Shown: one piece after another, positions 59,937 through 64,000 of the stretch
How the letters are laid out: the number at the start of each line of letters is the position of its first letter
Position numbering within the stretch: the first letter of the stretch is position 1
DNA from: Spizellomyces punctatus DAOM BR117
Taxonomy: Eukaryota
Direction: 5' to 3' (one strand)
Assembly: GCA_000182565.2 (NCBI GenBank)
Contig: KQ257455.1
Length of the DNA stretch: 64,000 bases
The notes under the pieces: model-generated
Seen by the model: only the letters and a program-made list of their open reading frames with translations
What the model was told of the DNA's origin: nothing
Databases searched by the model: none
Made by a program: the position numbers and the translations under genes

Positions 59937-62900
59937 TCAAAAGTCAAGGCTGGGCGCTGTTGCAAGCACCTTGACAATCCAAACACGGTTTTCTGTGGCA
60001 GGCACCACAGTATGAGGATCAACAAATTTCAGTCCTCCATTCAAGGTGATGCGGAAACAGCTTTCAACAGATACAGGGGCCACCGCTCGCAGTAAGATTC
60101 GGGTCTGCTCACTCGATGGTGTGTCGGACGGTTTCGTCCGTCCGCCTTTCCCAGTTGGCGGAGGTTTGCCCGATGATGGAGATTTCGGTGATGAGGCCAG
60201 GGACAATTGTGATATGCTTTCCATTGCCTCACTGCCGAGTCTATCCTTCTTTTTCTTGGTTCCAACTCTTTCTATCCCAATTTTCAGCGTCCTGGTGTGC
60301 CCGAGTTCGACAGTTCCCTCAGTAGGTTCTATGGTAAATTTAAACTTTTCGCCACCAACACTGGCCGCCCGGGCTCCATCCTCTTCGATGTCTTCAATTG
60401 GAAGGAATACTCCCAGATCCTCGTAATAGGCAAAGTCCATCTCATACGGATCAATCACAAAATCAGCGGGCACTGCTGGTGCTGATGTATGCTTTTGTTT
60501 ATCTTTCTTCTTTCCGGCAGTTCCACTCACTGGAGCGTTGCCAGGATCCGGAGGAGGTGGGGCAGGAGGCTTCAAGTTGGCAATGATCAGGTCTTTTATG
60601 TCTACTTCCCAAGCGTCATCAACCTTTTGCCACTGACACTGTAGTGTGCAGTATCGAAGATCCTCAGTCTCAAACGGCCGCATGCTCTCCAAAGCCATGG
60701 CGAGCTGGTTTCCTTGGTCATTGGCTTCGAATGGAGTTGGCATTGGTGTTGGAGGAATATTTGTCAAGGGTTCTTCATCGCTCTCCTCGCTTGACTTGTC
60801 GCTACCTGCTACTGAGTTATCTGCATCGCTTCGCACACTCCATCGACGCTCCTCTCCAGCGTCTTTCCGATGAACAAATAATTCCGGAGGTATGTCGAAT
60901 GGCCCCTCGCACAGAGAGACCGGTGGAGGATCATATCCCAAAAGAGCCGTCGTTGAATCCCAGCATCGGCCGTGTACTTTACGTTTCATCTCATTCTCTG
61001 GAATGCCCCAAACCTTCACGCGAATGTAATCAAAAAAGTGATCAGACTCCCGGTCGGGAGCAAATTTAATGGTGACTTCTTGCTCTAGGCCGGGGCCGAT
61101 GACCGACTCGCTAGGGATAGCAGTGAAGGCGTTTGATCCGTTTGCGTTCACTGTGCCGTACGTAGGCTCCTCCCCGGGCCTTTGCAATTCTAATTTCGAC
61201 AGCTCAAAGAGACATGTAACAGGGTGGCTTCCCGTGTTCTTCACCCGAAGCGTCTTGGTACTGGTATCTCCTACGCAAAGATCACCGAAAAACAATTCCT
61301 TCTCGTGCGGCTCTTCGATATGCACCCGAGGAACAACACCTTCACCGGCCAATTGCACTTTGACCTGTGAAGTTTCCGTCAAAAGGGTGTATTCCGAGCG
61401 AGATATCACGCCTTCCTCATGCGGTTCAAAAACCATTTCAACAGCGATATCAGTCTCAGGTAATACTTCAGGTAATGCATCTCTGGCGAGCCGGAAGCAA
61501 GCACTGCCAGTGGGACGATTGCTCTCATCTAGATTCAACTCTCTAATCTTTATTGGCCGAGTTGACAAGTTCCGGAGAATAATTGGCTTCACCAAACGTT
61601 GGCCAACTGGTACTTGGCCGAAATCCAACTCTGACAGAGGCTCAACCAGGATTAGATCTGGCTTGACGATCGACGCATTGACATGAAGAAGAATCGTGCT
61701 GATGCCTTCCTGGTCGCCGACGAGCGGTGCAGTTACCTTGCCATGGCCCGAATCATGATGATTGTGATTTTTTTCTCGATTGATCTTACGAATACGACAC
61801 GGAATGACGAACGAAATCCTCAATTCATTAACCGTGTCCAACCGTTGCTCAAGATCAGACTTGTATGGGGCAGACGGCACAGCTGGCAGTTTGCTGTCTT
61901 CGATCGTAGGCTGTCCGACGTCCGGCAACCGTACATCAGGGATTGCAGAAGACGCTGTGGGTGCCTTACCGCGCTGCTTTTCTCTGGGTATTCCTTTGCC
62001 AGCTTTGTCGCGGTCCTTCCCTGGAGCATTCGTACGAAGAGACGACTGCGGGATGATATTGGTATCTTCGGGTTTGGAGATGCCATTGACATCACGTTCT
62101 TTGCCTCCTCCGTTCTCCATAGCACTACCGCCATTGATGCATGAGGGGCTGATCGCCTTTCTCTCCTGCACGTTTGCCGGTGGTGGGATTTGCGGGGCAA
62201 GTTTTACCGTGAATTCTGCACTTTCACCCGGCTGCAGGCTTCCTCGGCACGGGAGGACACTGATTGGTAATGTGGAATGATCGAGTAGGAGGGTCGGATC
62301 CCGTTGTTGCTCGGGAGTTACGAGTCTAAGGTCACTTGGAGATCGCGCTTCCCACTCGGCGATGGAACACAAGTCAATGATTTGGGGCACACCAAACTCA
62401 AATTCAATAGCACACTCCTCCTCCTCGTCCTCGTTGCTCGCATGTCGTAGCCCTTCTGGCTCGCGAGAAGATGTCTCGAGTTTCAATCTCTTGCTCCACA
62501 CGCGACGCTTGATCTCGGCATTTTTTCGTCGTCTTTCTTCTTCACCCGTCCACTCGCGTATAATTCTCAGCTTTTCTTCCCCAACACTCCCGTAGGCAAT
62601 TGGCGCAATGGTAACCATGCCGTGCTCCCGATTGAATCGTAAAGGTGGGCATACTGCACTGCCCCGACAATGAATGACAGTGTGCTTGGTCTGCTCAATG
62701 CTCACTTGATGACATGTTATGCTCATATTGTCATACGTGCGACCCTCCTCCAGATCGGTAAGCTGTGGAGCAAACTTTATTGGCACGAGAGTGGTCAACT
62801 CAGCCGGTAGGCTGATTTCACCATTGGCCCCGTCAATCGTTAGCGCATTAGGGTGTGAAGATAGAAATCGCAAGGTTTGGGAAAGCAATGATCGGTTGAT

Positions 62901-64000
62901 GATTTGTAAATGAATAATCTTTGGTGGTTCATAAATCGAGCATGTCCCAAAGTCAACGTTGAGCGTTCTCTCAAGACTGTCACCATGAAGTGTTCCAGGA
63001 ACTTTAAGTTCAACGTCTGTCGTAGTTAACCTACCCTGCAGAGTAACTCTCAGCTTGTATGTGATGCCTTCGGCGACGTATGCTAAGCCAAGTGGAATTA
63101 CAAAGCCGGCCTTCTGTCGGCTTCCAAGTTCGCGGTATGCGCTCCGCGACGGTTTGATTTTTATCTGGAGATGGAACGGTATACTCAGAGGTTGTAAAAA
63201 TGCCAACCTTGGAGAGATCTCAACTTCCCCGAGAGTCGGTATTGTCATTAGTAAACTGTCAGGACGCCCCACATCCTTTGCGGAGGCGGCTGAAACGGTC
63301 TTCTTCGTCCCGCGGTTAATGTCCTCGGTAGAGTGTCCTTCAAGTTGCTCTTGCTCAATACGTTCTGATTCGTCGGGACCTGTCACAAGAAGCTTCACCG
63401 CGTATCGTCCGGCATTTTGAAGTACAACGCTACGCCGATATGATTGATCAACAATGCATAACCCAAAATCCACGTTCGCCTTGTCAAGGGTCACCGGGGG
63501 TAAGCCGATCGTTCCATCGCATCGTATTCTTATCGGTTCTACGCCGAGCTCCTCATCAAAAAAGATTGCAAATGTGGCACCTTCCGACGTTTTTACTCTT
63601 GCTGCAAGACCTTGTGGTGGACTGAACCTAATCTGGATGCTGCACGAACTATATGAACCGAGGAAAAAATCGTCATCGTCATCCTCCGTAGTTACTAGTT
63701 GGAACAGCGGTATGGTGGTATCGTCTTCCTCTAGGATGGCATTATCCTGGTCCTGTATGTGATCAATCCGAAACGTGCCTGGAATGGCGCCGTTGTTTGA
63801 CACTTGGATGCGACGGGTGATAGTGCCTCCAACCAAGCAGGTTCCAAAGTGGATCAGTACCCGTCGAGGCCCTATTTCTTGCGCTAGATGCGCGGAGGAT
63901 TTCTTCTGCGCGACAAGTTTGCCTTCATTTCCCGTTTCATTTCCTTCGGAATCATCTAACACTTCTTCTGGGGAATTATATCTGTCTCTGCCAACACAAA
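59937..64000 (-). CDS. CFAP74: CFAP74-like cilia/flagella-associated protein with ASH (PapD-like) repeats; 3' part only
   Basis: >1340-codon open frame with repeated ASH signatures IHFGTCLVGGTITRRIQVSNNGA, VDFGLCIVDQSY, VDFGTCSIYE..INRSLLSQ, LDFGQVPVG, LFFGDLCVGD, FAPDRESDHF. Confidence 0.8.
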   Translation of the reverse strand, partial: CVGRDRYNSPEEVLDDSEGNETGNEGKLVAQKKSSAHLAQEIGPRRVLIHFGTCLVGGTITRRIQVSNNGAIPGTFRIDHIQDQDNAILEEDDTTIPLFQLVTTEDDDDDFFLGSYSSCSIQIRFSPPQGLAARVKTSEGATFAIFFDEELGVEPIRIRCDGTIGLPPVTLDKANVDFGLCIVDQSYRRSVVLQNAGRYAVKLLVTGPDESERIEQEQLEGHSTEDINRGTKKTVSAASAKDVGRPDSLLMTIPTLGEVEISPRLAFLQPLSIPFHLQIKIKPSRSAYRELGSRQKAGFVIPLGLAYVAEGITYKLRVTLQGRLTTTDVELKVPGTLHGDSLERTLNVDFGTCSIYEPPKIIHLQIINRSLLSQTLRFLSSHPNALTIDGANGEISLPAELTTLVPIKFAPQLTDLEEGRTYDNMSITCHQVSIEQTKHTVIHCRGSAVCPPLRFNREHGMVTIAPIAYGSVGEEKLRIIREWTGEEERRRKNAEIKRRVWSKRLKLETSSREPEGLRHASNEDEEEECAIEFEFGVPQIIDLCSIAEWEARSPSDLRLVTPEQQRDPTLLLDHSTLPISVLPCRGSLQPGESAEFTVKLAPQIPPPANVQERKAISPSCINGGSAMENGGGKERDVNGISKPEDTNIIPQSSLRTNAPGKDRDKAGKGIPREKQRGKAPTASSAIPDVRLPDVGQPTIEDSKLPAVPSAPYKSDLEQRLDTVNELRISFVIPCRIRKINREKNHNHHDSGHGKVTAPLVGDQEGISTILLHVNASIVKPDLILVEPLSELDFGQVPVGQRLVKPIILRNLSTRPIKIRELNLDESNRPTGSACFRLARDALPEVLPETDIAVEMVFEPHEEGVISRSEYTLLTETSQVKVQLAGEGVVPRVHIEEPHEKELFFGDLCVGDTSTKTLRVKNTGSHPVTCLFELSKLELQRPGEEPTYGTVNANGSNAFTAIPSESVIGPGLEQEVTIKFAPDRESDHFFDYIRVKVWGIPENEMKRKVHGRCWDSTTALLGYDPPPVSLCEGPFDIPPELFVHRKDAGEERRWSVRSDADNSVAGSDKSSEESDEEPLTNIPPTPMPTPFEANDQGNQLAMALESMRPFETEDLRYCTLQCQWQKVDDAWEVDIKDLIIANLKPPAPPPPDPGNAPVSGTAGKKKDKQKHTSAPAVPADFVIDPYEMDFAYYEDLGVFLPIEDIEEDGARAASVGGEKFKFTIEPTEGTVELGHTRTLKIGIERVGTKKKKDRLGSEAMESISQLSLASSPKSPSSGKPPPTGKGGRTKPSDTPSSEQTRILLRAVAPVSVESCFRITLNGGLKFVDPHTVVPATENRVWIVKVLATAPSLDF

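Noticed and set aside
60046-63762. Many + strand ORFs over the CFAP74-like gene and other antisense ORFs in the track
   Set aside because: Antisense shadows of real coding sequence with no protein motifs.

Overview
Eukaryotic, intron-rich genomic DNA (short GT-AG introns), most likely from a flagellated (zoosporic, chytrid-like) fungus: fungal-type genes (ILV5, CTF4/Mcl1, Phx1-like homeodomain, SUR1-like GT32, MCH1-like MFS) sit beside a CFAP74-like ciliary gene. Two accessory tracts interrupt a gene-dense core. The first (~1-10.9 kb) holds a truncated AGC kinase, an orphan ORF, a disrupted but reconstructable divergent Upf1-like SF1 helicase and a decayed TET/JBP-like dioxygenase. The second (~35.1-38.4 kb) holds a Ty1/copia fragment and structured repeats. 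The most striking intact gene is an intronless F-box protein whose C-terminal part looks like a dynein heavy-chain stalk with microtubule-binding domain (43799-44797). An SH3-septin fusion, a PPR plus SMR-like protein and a WS/DGAT also stand out. All family calls come from motif recognition by eye and exon boundaries are hand-derived; no searches were run.
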